From Leptonemataceae bacterium (GTDB taxonomy: Bacteria; Spirochaetota; Leptospiria; Leptospirales; Leptonemataceae), in assembly GCA_965227295.1 (NCBI GenBank), contig OZ245742.1, positions 4,032,001 to 4,096,000 on the forward strand: a DNA stretch of 64,000 nucleotides, in the 5' to 3' direction. A program made the position numbers and the translations under genes. Shown piece by piece: positions 39,111-48,934 of this stretch (position 1 is its first letter; every line of letters starts with the position of its first letter). The notes below the pieces were generated by a model. That model was not told where the DNA came from, ran no database searches, and saw only the letters and a program-made list of their open reading frames with translations.

Positions 39111-40128
39111 GCAGTTCTTCGTGTCGCCGCCGTTGCCTGTGCATACGATAGAGTTCGCGAAGTTCTCGTTCGTTTTCCCGGCGCAGTTCTTCTAAGATCT
39201 GCTGACCACGCTCTTCGCGCAGCTCTCGTTCTTCCTGTTCGGTTTCGCTCTCACGTACGTTGCGCAGTTCCGCCGCATCTTCGCGGCGTGTATCCAGGCG
39301 AAAGCGCAGGGGCTCGAACACGAATGCACGCAGATCGCTCCGGCTTTCTTCCGCGCGATACTCCAGGACGTACTCGCGACCGGGGGCGAGCGATGGAAAG
39401 ATCAGCAGGGCCTTCGTTTCGCGGCCGGGTGCAAGAACGCTCCGCCGTTCGTGCCGGCGTTCCCCGCGACGCAGTCGGTTCTTCCGGTGCGCTTCCTCTT
39501 CGGCCGGGGAAAGCGTGTGCCGGAGAAACAAGGATGCATACCAGTCCGGTACCGGATGCGAGAAGCGCAGGGAATCTTTTTGCGCGAAGGCGTACTCGTA
39601 GACGTAAGGATAGTTCCCGAAACCGCCGTAGTTTTCCGAGTACTCCCGCGCATCGATGGGCCGGAAGATGCGATCGTCGCCGGTATCGCGGATCTGAAAC
39701 CAGTATGTATTCAGTCGGACCGGCGTGTCGCCGTAGTTCAGGACCGCGAGATACAGGGCCGTGACTTCCGGCGGGCTGCCGTCGGCGAAGTCGGGGTCCA
39801 GGCGCCTGGCCTCGCGGCGAAGCTGCTCCCGGGAGAGGAACAGGCCGCGGGTTTCGAACGGCCGGCTGGTGCTGCGGGTAGTCTTAAAGTATAGTGAACG
39901 AAAATTAGTGATACTGTGAATACTGTAAGTCGAGCCGTTCGGTTCCGCCCTGTAGGTGTAGTGAAGGGCGGGAGCTGAATAGCACTGTATAAATACGAGC
40001 AAAAAAGCAATTCCGGGGCTAGTCAATCTTGAGTAAGAATGAAACACAGTTAATCTCTTTTTATTAAGAAATAGTTTGCAAATATTAGTTTTCGCTGAAG
40101 GTGGATCATCCTTGGACACAGGCTTCAC
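38974..40128 (-). CDS. Probable lipoprotein, divergent from the giant toxin gene (true start probably downstream of 40128)
   Basis: IAFLLVFIQC lipobox-like segment; Ig-like motif LAPGRETKALLIF; Glu/Arg coiled-coil tail. Confidence 0.6.
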   Translation of the reverse strand: MKPVSKDDPPSAKTNICKLFLNKKRLTVFHSYSRLTSPGIAFLLVFIQCYSAPALHYTYRAEPNGSTYSIHSITNFRSLYFKTTRSTSRPFETRGLFLSREQLRREARRLDPDFADGSPPEVTALYLAVLNYGDTPVRLNTYWFQIRDTGDDRIFRPIDAREYSENYGGFGNYPYVYEYAFAQKDSLRFSHPVPDWYASLFLRHTLSPAEEEAHRKNRLRRGERRHERRSVLAPGRETKALLIFPSLAPGREYVLEYRAEESRSDLRAFVFEPLRFRLDTRREDAAELRNVRESETEQEERELREERGQQILEELRRENERELRELYRMHRQRRRHEELLTPAETRAQTNSCAPCRPGTPGDRRSVSRASLRATECRSRTKESA

Positions 40129-40142
40129 GGGAGTGGTTTATC

Positions 40143-43100
40143 ATGCAGCCGGGTACGAATCTATCATCCAATCGAGTAAGTCGTCGGCGAGCGACGCTCC
40201 CATCTCTGCGAAGATGGAAGCAGTGGCATCGCCTCACGGCCGCGATCCTGTTCCTTACCTGTTTCGGCACATTTACCGGGCCGCATACCACGATTCAGGC
40301 GCAGCCGGTGCCGGTCCCGAGTCTGAATACCAATCCTTTTCAGAGCGGTGACTTTGATCCGTACTTTCAAAAAGCGCTCAGCAGCAATACCCAGGCCTCC
40401 TGGGAGTATATCGTAAGTCAGGGCCGCTATTCCCTGGCCGCGCAATGGGAGGCCGCCGTTGACACGGAGATTGCGAATCATCTCAGCGCGGTCGGCACCA
40501 GTGATCACTTCCACACCGTCGCGGAGTACCGCGACTATCTCAAAGACGAGCTGCAGTTACAAAAACAAACCGCCTTCGCCGCCTGGGAACTCTCCGCCGA
40601 TGTCATCATCGAAGGGCGCCGCGAATCTTTCCTGGCGGCCCTGGCAGCCGAGAAGCAACGCAAGACCCTCCAGGAATCCGACGACACCATCGACGAAGCG
40701 GACACCAGCGTGCCCGATATTTCCGACCAGCAGCGAGATTGGGAAGAAGAATTCGGCGACGCCGTGGACGACGGTTTCCAGCAATTCCAGAAGGCCCTGG
40801 GCGAGGTGCACTTCGAGTACACCAGCTTTCTCGGGGAACTCCAGCAGAAAGAAGACGAGTTCGAGGAATACCGCCTGCAGATCGAACACTACGAACAGGT
40901 CGTACGGGACGGCATCCAGCAGACGGTCTACAACCTCGACAACTATCTCCAGAGCAACGGTCTCTTCCATAAAGAAACCTGCGTGGCCGAGGGGGCCGCG
41001 GCGACCCAGACCCAGACGTGCACCACGGACATGAACACCTACAGCGATGCCGGCGACCGGCTGAATACGCTGATCCACGATCTCCAGGACGGCCTGGACC
41101 AGGACGCGCCGCTCTCGACGCTGGCCACGTTGATGAACGACTACCTGGAGGACGAGCACCAGATCGCCGAAGATCGGCGTGATTACTGGGACGGGCTCAT
41201 CCGCAATAACTACACGTACGATCGTGCCGGATTCGCGCTCAATAACAACGCCTACGGCGTCCCTGAAATCAGCCATGCGCTGGCGGTCCTCGGCGGCGGT
41301 ATGAACGCCGGCATTGCCGGAATGGTGGCGGCGAACAACGATCCGCGCGTCGTGGAGTCGGTCAACTGGGCGAACGTTCGCGGTTACTCGCATAGCTACA
41401 ACGTACACCCCGATCAGGTCGGCCACAGCGGTGCCGGTGAATCCTACAACCCGCACGGGGACAATGCCTTCCATTTTAACTGGGAACAAAAACACACTTA
41501 TGTGTACGCCTGCCCGGGACCGTACGGCATTGCATGGTGTCCGGGCGAGTATACCAGCCATCATACTTCGTACGAACAGTACGGTCACGTCCAGGTAAAC
41601 TACAACTGGTACGATCCTAACGCCGATGCCAACCACCAGATCTGGAGCGGCTACGTCAACGACATGGATCCGGTGCTCGCTCACTGGCGTGACAACATCG
41701 TACCGTCCATTCAGAATTGGGAAGCCCAGGTGGCGGAGTACACGGCGAACCACCAGGCCTATCTCGCGAGCGCCGCGGTCCAGCGGGAACAGGCCGCGCA
41801 GCAGTACAATGACAGCGTCAACCGTATCGTCGAAAGCCGCAATAAGTGGCTCACGCAAATGAGCGAGGAGTATCGCAAGGGCCGCAACGAATGGGTCGTC
41901 CTGGGCAAGACCACGGTAGAGCCCAACGCGGCGGCACCGGAGTTCGAAACGACGGCCGCAGCATTCTCGAACAAACTGAATGACATCGCCGCGGCCGGCG
42001 TCGTGCCGGAAATAGAGAAGCCGGATCTGAACGTTCTGGTGGATCTACACAAGAGCTTTCAGCAGGCCACCCAGGGCGTGGTCAACCTGGCCCTGGCCGG
42101 TCAATTAAACGACAACGTCGTCGAACAACGCAACGCCGTTGTGCAGGCCGTCGCGGAAAATATCGGCGCCAACTACTTCGAGAACATGACCGAGGAGCAG
42201 CGCCAGAAGGCTGCCGAAGATCGTGCCGCGCAAACCGGTGAGAGCATCCCGGAAGCCCTGGAGGCCTTGCGCCAGGACGCGGCCGAGCGTCAGTATAACG
42301 TTACCATCGACGAAAACGGCCGCATCATCGCCACGCGGGACATTGCGAGCGGGAACGCCAGCCGGACCGGTGGGAACGGGACTTCCGCCGACGACTACAC
42401 GGCAGAACAAATTGAGCAGCGCCTTGTGATTGCACCGCCGCCGGCGGTGAAGCTCGTGGCCACCGCCGGTCTCTTCGATACCTGGGATCACAACGAAGTG
42501 ATGACCGATCACTTCGACACCCAGGAGACGTACGGCGAATCGCTGACTAACTACTACGAGTACATCGGCGGTGAGACCGAGGCCGCGGACGAAGTGCGTG
42601 CGGAAAACCAGGCGATGTTTCAGGCCCAGGTCGAGGCCAACATCGTTGCGGCCAACAATCGTCGCTCCGGCGGCTGGAAGGCCTATGCCGAGGGCATCTT
42701 CCAGGGAGTCATGAGCGGACTGAGCATCGAGGCGGCGGCGCAACAGTTTCAGCACAACCAGTGGGCGGCCGAGGCGGCGCGGCTCACCGGCATCCCTATG
42801 GACTTCTTCGGCAGCGTACTCGCCGGCGGACGCTGGCAGGATGCACTAACTGATGCCACGGAGTACTTAGTAGAAGATTATACGGCGAAAGCCGTGGCGA
42901 AGGCCACCGGCCTGCCCATCGATTTTATCGGCGGCATGGTCAACGGCGCGTCTCTGGACATCAGCGGCGAGACCATGGGCGCCGCGTTCCAGAACTACAC
43001 GAACCAGGTGTGGTCCGAGACCCTGGAAGAACAAACGGGCATTCCCGGCCTGGGCGCGCTGGTGATGGAACGTATGCAGGAGCACATCGACGAGCGCGAG

Positions 43101-46100
43101 CGTGTGAACGACGAGCGCAACATGCTGGGTGCCCTGCTGACGCCGGCGGGCCCGTATGCGGCGGCCGCGTACGCGATGAAACATACGGAGTTCGGACGTG
43201 AAGCCACGAATTCCGCGCTGGGTGTTTTGAGCGGGCGCATCCCGATGGAAGCGATGGGCCTGCCGCCGGGCCTCGGAGTGAGCGGAGGTCTGACCGGGAT
43301 CATCGGCGGGCAATTGGGTTGTGACGTCTGCCAGGGACTGCCCGGCGGCATGATCCCCGCCGATGCGGACGAACTCTGGGATTCCGTCGACGACATGAGT
43401 GATATCGCGAACGGACGGGTGGACGGTCGCGATCTGGAAGAGAAGTACCGCGACCGCCTGGATCGTTACGCGGCGCAAAACCAGGCGGCCATGGACGGCT
43501 TTGAGAATATGACTCTCGCGGATCTGCCCGGTCGCATCGGCCAGGGCATTACCGGTTATCTTTCCGGGGCGATGGGCGCCGTCATGGGGCCGCTCGGTGC
43601 GCTCATGAATCCGCCGGACGAGTTTTCTCCGGCCGAGCTGGCTGTCCGCGAAAGTCTGATGCAACAGGTCGTCGACGTCACCGGTCAGAACGAAGCGTTC
43701 TTGATGTCGATGGCCCGGGGCGAGAGCGCCCAGGAAGCATTGTATGCCCAGGCCTACGACGACGCGGCCACCTCGATCTACGGCGACGACATCCCCCCGC
43801 AACTGCGCGCACAGGTCGTGGGCGCGGTTCGCCAGTACACCGAACATACTTTAGAAAGATTAGAATTCCAGCGCCAGCGTGAACGCGCGGCGAACGATCC
43901 CTGGAACATCTGGCGCGGTGCTCAATACGGCAGCAAGGATCAGCAGATGGCCCTCCAGGCCGCGGAGATCGGCGCGGGTGTTGCGGCCTCTGTGGCCACC
44001 GCGGGTTGGGCGGCGCCGGCCTTCATCAGCTACATGGCGGCCAAGGGTTCTTACATGGGTTCCCAGGATGGCGGCGGCGCCATCGGTGCGCTGGCCGGCG
44101 GCCTGTCGGTGGTCGTGTCGCAGATGACGCCGGTGCAGTTGGATCTGGCTTACAGCGAAGATAACGGCTTCGGCGGTTCGATCGGCTTCGGTTATCAGAT
44201 TGAGAACACGCCGCTTACCGTGGGGGCGAGCATTTCGTTCCAGGAGGGTGAGGGCATTACCGGTGCCGGGTTGAATGCGGGCGTTAAGATCGAAGACGAT
44301 GATTCGGATTTCAACGGCGTCGGCGGCGGTCTCAGCCTGAACTTCGATGGTCAGGGAACCTTTACCGGCGGTTCGCTCGGTGTGAACTACGGCGAAGAGA
44401 ACGAAGAAAACGATTCGTCCTGGGGTGTGAACGCCGGCCTTAACTTCGGATCCGATTTGAGTTATACGGGATTCTCGGCGGGGGCGAATGCATCGTTCGA
44501 AAACTTCCAGCCCAACGACATGTTCACCGAGTTTACGATGGGCATGGACTTCAACTTCAACCGCGAGGGGGACTTCTCCGTCGGCATCAATCAAACCATG
44601 TCCCACGGCTACGGCCTGGTCGGCGGCGTGAACGGCGTCAAACTCACGAACAACAATACGTTCAGCTTCAATCCCGACGGTAGCCTGGCCGACGTCAGCC
44701 AGAACATCGATCAGAGTCTCAGCAGGCTCAAGGCCGCGAAGGCGCGCGAGAACATCATGGAGCGCTGGGAGGAGATGGAGCAGCAGTACGACGACCTCAT
44801 CTTCAACAGCGACGGCATGGATCCGGACGAGTACGCGGAGCGTATGGCCGAGTTCGAAGAGGACATGCAGCATCTCCAGATGATGCGGCGCTGGGCGGAT
44901 CCGAAGTACGCGGCGCGGCAGACGGCGATTGAGCGGGCGCGGGAAGCGGGGGATACAGAAACGGCGAACCGTTTGATGATGGGCGGGGAGTTGACGAAGG
45001 CGGATTGGCTCAAATACATCACTTTGCATGAGGACAACAAGGCCGCGGGCGACAGTCGTGATGAAGACAGCTGGGTCGATACCATGCTGGGTAAGGTTGA
45101 GGACGGCATCCGCAATTTCTTCTGGCATCACAGTGACGATGCCGGCTACGTCGATGCAGAGGGCAACTATCATGAACGTACATGCTTTACTGCGGGAACT
45201 CTTATACGAGTACATCCCGACACGAAAGGCGCCTTCGAACGGAACGGGGCCTGGTTTAAGGAGATCGAAAACATTCGCGTCGGCGACGTTGTGCTGAGCT
45301 GGAATGAGGGTACCGGAGAGCTTTCTTATAACCCGGTTACTTTTATATTCGAAAACGAGACGACTCTGGTTCACACCATCAGTTACGAGGATGGAACAGT
45401 AGTAGAAACAACCTGGAATCACCCATTCTATATCGCCGGTCGTGGCTGGGTCGAGACAAAAGACCTACGAATCGGCCAGCATTCATACACCCCCCGCGAC
45501 CTTGGGTTTCCCCCTGTCTCTGTCAACAAGGCGGAAGGAAGCTGGTTTGGCGACATATCAGTGCGGGAAATCGGGCTAAAGATTACGGGAATTTCCCAGG
45601 AGCTTCGGCGCGAGACGGTGTACAATATTGAAGTCGATAAGGACCATACCTATTTCGTGACGGAATCTCAGGTTCTGGTGCACAACTATCTCCCGTTCAT
45701 TATCGGTGCAGCCGGGGTGATCCTTTTTCTCGGTGTTAACAGAGGCCTGGGAGAGGATGGTGATACGGACGAGGAATACCTTGAACAGCAGCTTATGGGT
45801 GCGGGTATTACTCTCGGTGCCGGCGTATGTGTGGCAGGCGGCTGCGCAGCACTGGCCACCTGGCTGGGCAACGCCTACAACAGCGCGGGTTCCTTTCAAC
45901 TCGCGTATCTGGCCGGAGGGGCTCCGAATCTGACGTATGCTCTGACTCGTCTACTCCAGAATCCCGCGAATGCGACACGACTGAATTTCGTATCGCAAAA
46001 TGGAACACGGTTTCGTATCCTGCCCTCGGCACTTAAGCACGTTCCAGAATTCACACGGAACGCAACTACACATTCGGTGCCTCTCCAACATCAGATGCGC

Positions 46101-46253
46101 TCGCAACAAATGTTTTCAAATATAGAACATGTTGTGAATCAGGGAATTCGATACGGTGAAAAAATCAATTACAGGGGATGGGAGTTCATATTTCAAAGAG
46201 CTCGTGATGGAGGCACCCCGGTTCTGATCCATGCCCAGCCGACAGGTATGTGA
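40143..46253 (+). CDS. TIGR04388-type giant secreted protein with polymorphic-toxin HINT domain and C-terminal toxin
   Basis: Signal peptide; N-domain QPVPVPSLN..WE..V..G...L.AQWEA.V; HINT from CFTAGT (45183) to VYNIEV..HTYFV..VLVHN (45686); 188-aa C-terminal extension. Confidence 0.88.
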   Translation: MQPGTNLSSNRVSRRRATLPSLRRWKQWHRLTAAILFLTCFGTFTGPHTTIQAQPVPVPSLNTNPFQSGDFDPYFQKALSSNTQASWEYIVSQGRYSLAAQWEAAVDTEIANHLSAVGTSDHFHTVAEYRDYLKDELQLQKQTAFAAWELSADVIIEGRRESFLAALAAEKQRKTLQESDDTIDEADTSVPDISDQQRDWEEEFGDAVDDGFQQFQKALGEVHFEYTSFLGELQQKEDEFEEYRLQIEHYEQVVRDGIQQTVYNLDNYLQSNGLFHKETCVAEGAAATQTQTCTTDMNTYSDAGDRLNTLIHDLQDGLDQDAPLSTLATLMNDYLEDEHQIAEDRRDYWDGLIRNNYTYDRAGFALNNNAYGVPEISHALAVLGGGMNAGIAGMVAANNDPRVVESVNWANVRGYSHSYNVHPDQVGHSGAGESYNPHGDNAFHFNWEQKHTYVYACPGPYGIAWCPGEYTSHHTSYEQYGHVQVNYNWYDPNADANHQIWSGYVNDMDPVLAHWRDNIVPSIQNWEAQVAEYTANHQAYLASAAVQREQAAQQYNDSVNRIVESRNKWLTQMSEEYRKGRNEWVVLGKTTVEPNAAAPEFETTAAAFSNKLNDIAAAGVVPEIEKPDLNVLVDLHKSFQQATQGVVNLALAGQLNDNVVEQRNAVVQAVAENIGANYFENMTEEQRQKAAEDRAAQTGESIPEALEALRQDAAERQYNVTIDENGRIIATRDIASGNASRTGGNGTSADDYTAEQIEQRLVIAPPPAVKLVATAGLFDTWDHNEVMTDHFDTQETYGESLTNYYEYIGGETEAADEVRAENQAMFQAQVEANIVAANNRRSGGWKAYAEGIFQGVMSGLSIEAAAQQFQHNQWAAEAARLTGIPMDFFGSVLAGGRWQDALTDATEYLVEDYTAKAVAKATGLPIDFIGGMVNGASLDISGETMGAAFQNYTNQVWSETLEEQTGIPGLGALVMERMQEHIDERERVNDERNMLGALLTPAGPYAAAAYAMKHTEFGREATNSALGVLSGRIPMEAMGLPPGLGVSGGLTGIIGGQLGCDVCQGLPGGMIPADADELWDSVDDMSDIANGRVDGRDLEEKYRDRLDRYAAQNQAAMDGFENMTLADLPGRIGQGITGYLSGAMGAVMGPLGALMNPPDEFSPAELAVRESLMQQVVDVTGQNEAFLMSMARGESAQEALYAQAYDDAATSIYGDDIPPQLRAQVVGAVRQYTEHTLERLEFQRQRERAANDPWNIWRGAQYGSKDQQMALQAAEIGAGVAASVATAGWAAPAFISYMAAKGSYMGSQDGGGAIGALAGGLSVVVSQMTPVQLDLAYSEDNGFGGSIGFGYQIENTPLTVGASISFQEGEGITGAGLNAGVKIEDDDSDFNGVGGGLSLNFDGQGTFTGGSLGVNYGEENEENDSSWGVNAGLNFGSDLSYTGFSAGANASFENFQPNDMFTEFTMGMDFNFNREGDFSVGINQTMSHGYGLVGGVNGVKLTNNNTFSFNPDGSLADVSQNIDQSLSRLKAAKARENIMERWEEMEQQYDDLIFNSDGMDPDEYAERMAEFEEDMQHLQMMRRWADPKYAARQTAIERAREAGDTETANRLMMGGELTKADWLKYITLHEDNKAAGDSRDEDSWVDTMLGKVEDGIRNFFWHHSDDAGYVDAEGNYHERTCFTAGTLIRVHPDTKGAFERNGAWFKEIENIRVGDVVLSWNEGTGELSYNPVTFIFENETTLVHTISYEDGTVVETTWNHPFYIAGRGWVETKDLRIGQHSYTPRDLGFPPVSVNKAEGSWFGDISVREIGLKITGISQELRRETVYNIEVDKDHTYFVTESQVLVHNYLPFIIGAAGVILFLGVNRGLGEDGDTDEEYLEQQLMGAGITLGAGVCVAGGCAALATWLGNAYNSAGSFQLAYLAGGAPNLTYALTRLLQNPANATRLNFVSQNGTRFRILPSALKHVPEFTRNATTHSVPLQHQMRSQQMFSNIEHVVNQGIRYGEKINYRGWEFIFQRARDGGTPVLIHAQPTGM

Positions 46254-46254
46254 A

Positions 46255-46791
46255 GTGTTCGGTTCAATCAAAACTGAATTTACGACCTCGGTGACGTGTG
46301 ACGGCTATGTACCTTTTCAGATCCGCTTCCTGACGCAACGGATTGAAACAGGTCCGATCGGCTGGATTCGCTATACGGACTCCCGGCATCTTCTGGAGAT
46401 CGGTGTTGATTTACAGAGTGGAATGCTACAGGATATTTCGTTAGTTCTGATTCCGTCCGAATGGGTGTTGTATGCAGACAACCGAGATGCAGCTCCAGAA
46501 ATAGTCCACGGCGTTTTGCCGATGATGGAGGAAGAGGCCCGGAAAAAGTGTTTCGGGACAGATATTTTCGCCGACCCGGGCACGCTAAAATACGATATTC
46601 AACAGGGTTTTCAACTCATGATAATGGATAAATATGTATCTTTGAATATCTCCCATAAAAAGGAATATCGGGTTCTGGGAGACGCCTCCGTTGGTATTGG
46701 CCTGACGGAGGCAGGGGAGCTTTCAGCTGTCTACCTGCGGGATATGAGTGCACAGGACCGAGAAATGATCCAGGTTGCAATCGGCGCATGA
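46255..46791 (+). CDS. Putative cognate immunity protein
   Basis: Small acidic low-GC ORF immediately after the toxin stop (start 46231 ATG or 46255 GTG). Confidence 0.7.
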   Translation: MFGSIKTEFTTSVTCDGYVPFQIRFLTQRIETGPIGWIRYTDSRHLLEIGVDLQSGMLQDISLVLIPSEWVLYADNRDAAPEIVHGVLPMMEEEARKKCFGTDIFADPGTLKYDIQQGFQLMIMDKYVSLNISHKKEYRVLGDASVGIGLTEAGELSAVYLRDMSAQDREMIQVAIGA

Positions 46792-46812
46792 ACGCCGCAA
46801 TCACGCGCAGAC

Positions 46813-47677
46813 GATGAAATTCAGACACGCTCTTAACGTCACAATTGCTCTTGTGCTCACCGCCTGCGGCCCGTCCGTCACCGTCGAAGACGCCGCGGAC
46901 GCCGCCGCGTTGAATCGGCTGGCGCGGCAGCACTATCAAAACGAGCAGTACGACAAAGCCGTCGAACTCTTCGATCGTGCCGAGGAACTCGATCCCACCA
47001 ACGCGCAATATCCCAACGATCGCGGCATGGCTCGACTGCGCCAGGGCAAGCCGTTACTGGCCGCCGTGGATTTTAAGCGGGCCATGAACATCGATCCGAA
47101 GCAGGCGATGTATCCGTACAATCGCGGCCTGGCCTACGTCCAGGCGGGCAAACGCCAACAGGCCGTCGCCGCGTTTGAAAGAGCCATTGAGCTGAACCCG
47201 AACTACTACGATCCGCCGGCGTATCTGGGATTGCTCAATTACAACGAACAGGATTACAAGAACGCGCGCAAGTACTGGGAGCAGGCCGTAAAGATCCACG
47301 ACAACGCCGAGCTGCGGACGAACCTGGGCACCCTCGCTATCGCCATGGAACATCCCATCAATGCCGAGGCGCATCTGCTGGAAGCGATTGCGCTGGATCC
47401 GGAGTTCGCTCTGGCCTACTACAACCTGGGCGTGCTGCGGCAGTCCCAGGAAAAATATGCCGCGGCGGAAAGCAATTACCGCAAAGCCCTGGAGCTGGAT
47501 CCGGCAAACGTACGGCCTTATCTCAATCTGGGCATTGTCCTGACGCAACTCGATCGCAAAGACGAGGCCGTTCAGAACTTCGAGACGTTCATTCGCAAGG
47601 CCCCGCCGCGGCAGTACATGCAGCAGATCATCGACGCCCGGGCTCGCATCAACAAACTTCAGTCCGACGAAAGCTAG
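46813..47677 (+). CDS. TPR-repeat lipoprotein
   Basis: Lipobox LVLTAC; several canonical TPRs (YNRGLAY, AYYNLGVL, YLNLGIVL). Confidence 0.9.
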
Positions 47678-48321
47678 CCGCGAATCCAACCGAACATAAA
47701 CACCGCGTACGGAATCATAAACCACGGCGCGAACCACACGATGAAAGCGCGCCCGCGACTTAAGTCGAAGCGTTTCCGAAAGCCGCTCATGCTAATCCAG
47801 CCTTCCCAGGCCAGGCCGATCAGTACGAGAACGATAACGGCCCACAGACGAACGAACGCCGCGGTGCCCGGCTCCTGTAGCGATGAGATCGGCATCAGGT
47901 TATTCCAGACGTGGATCAACACGCCGAAGACGATCATGGGCAGCACGCCGTGACCGGAGATGCCGAAGATCGGCGCCGCCTTTTGCGGAATGCCGAAGAC
48001 GGCCAGGGCGATGAAACGCACCACGAACAGCATACCCAGCACCGGAAACCAGTAGAGCGGGGCCCAGAGCGTATCCCAGGGAATGCGATACTGTAGTTGG
48101 CCGACGTCCTCGCTGAGATCGATGTTGCGTTGATCCAAAAACTGTTCGCCCGTGGCGGTGATGGCGGCCTGGTTCGCCCAGGCCGTGCCGAAGACCAGCA
48201 GCATGCCGACGACCAGGAACAACGCGAACGCGATGAGGAAATTTCTTAACAGTGCGCGGTCTTCGGTTACCGCTGCGAAATAGGCGGCGGGACGGTACAG
48301 GGCTTCGAGGGCGGGGATCAT
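47674..48321 (-). CDS. Yip1-like multi-pass membrane protein
   Basis: LYRPAAYF N-terminus, five TM segments, LSRGRAFIVW C-terminus. Confidence 0.65.
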   Translation of the reverse strand: MIPALEALYRPAAYFAAVTEDRALLRNFLIAFALFLVVGMLLVFGTAWANQAAITATGEQFLDQRNIDLSEDVGQLQYRIPWDTLWAPLYWFPVLGMLFVVRFIALAVFGIPQKAAPIFGISGHGVLPMIVFGVLIHVWNNLMPISSLQEPGTAAFVRLWAVIVLVLIGLAWEGWISMSGFRKRFDLSRGRAFIVWFAPWFMIPYAVFMFGWIRG

Positions 48322-48437
48322 CGCGCGGCCTCCGAAAGCAAAGTGGGCGTTTGTTGAGCTTGCACGGGAAAGTATGGTACGATTGTAATTTAACGCAAGG
48401 AAAAACCAACGATATTCGCGTAAGTTTGCGAGACCGT

Positions 48438-48540
48438 TAGCGATTGGAAGGGGTGCGCGTTAGCGTACGTCCGGAGGGCGAAGCCCGTAAGATCGGAGCC
48501 GTAAGGCGGAGCTCCGGGTCGCGCAAGGCGCGTCGCTACA
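48438..48540. repeat. Multi-hairpin REP-like repeat (GCGATTGGAAGGG family)
   Basis: Homologous to 11308-11420 and to the reverse complement of 34784-34857; TAGCGA/TCGCTA ends. Confidence 0.6.
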
Positions 48541-48541
48541 T

Positions 48542-48916
48542 TCAGCGAAGGGGAACGCCCTGGACTACCGTACTTAGATCAAACCAAACGTTTCGATTCT
48601 TCAGGACTTGTATTTTGGGCGCCCCCGCCGCTGCGCGGTATCGAAACTTTGTCTGGCAATTCGGGCAATATAGCTTGATGCCCGGTAATAATGTCGGCTC
48701 ACGTATTAATTCGCAATCGCAAGTTCGGCAATGTAGTTTTTTCTGCGCGCGCCAGTATTCAACGGTGTAGAGTTGCGGGGGCGCCAAAAAGAGATACAGG
48801 CGAAATTCGTCGAATAATGCATGTTCCAATGAGGAATACGCTTTCCCAATCAGGAAGAGAGCACCTGTGCTGATCAGCGTGGTTGCCACGCCGGTTATAA
48901 TTTCATTGCGCTTCAT
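48542..48916 (-). CDS. Small membrane-anchored zinc-ribbon hypothetical protein
   Basis: N-terminal TM segment; CRTC and CPNC pairs; follows lepA. Confidence 0.5.
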   Translation of the reverse strand: MKRNEIITGVATTLISTGALFLIGKAYSSLEHALFDEFRLYLFLAPPQLYTVEYWRAQKKLHCRTCDCELIREPTLLPGIKLYCPNCQTKFRYRAAAGAPKIQVLKNRNVWFDLSTVVQGVPLR

Positions 48917-48934
48917 GAAGACAGGGGCCGGTCC

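Noticed and set aside
45183..45686. Canonical self-splicing intein
   Set aside because: The +1 residue is Tyr, there is no homing endonuclease, and the position before a variable tip is typical of toxin HINT domains.
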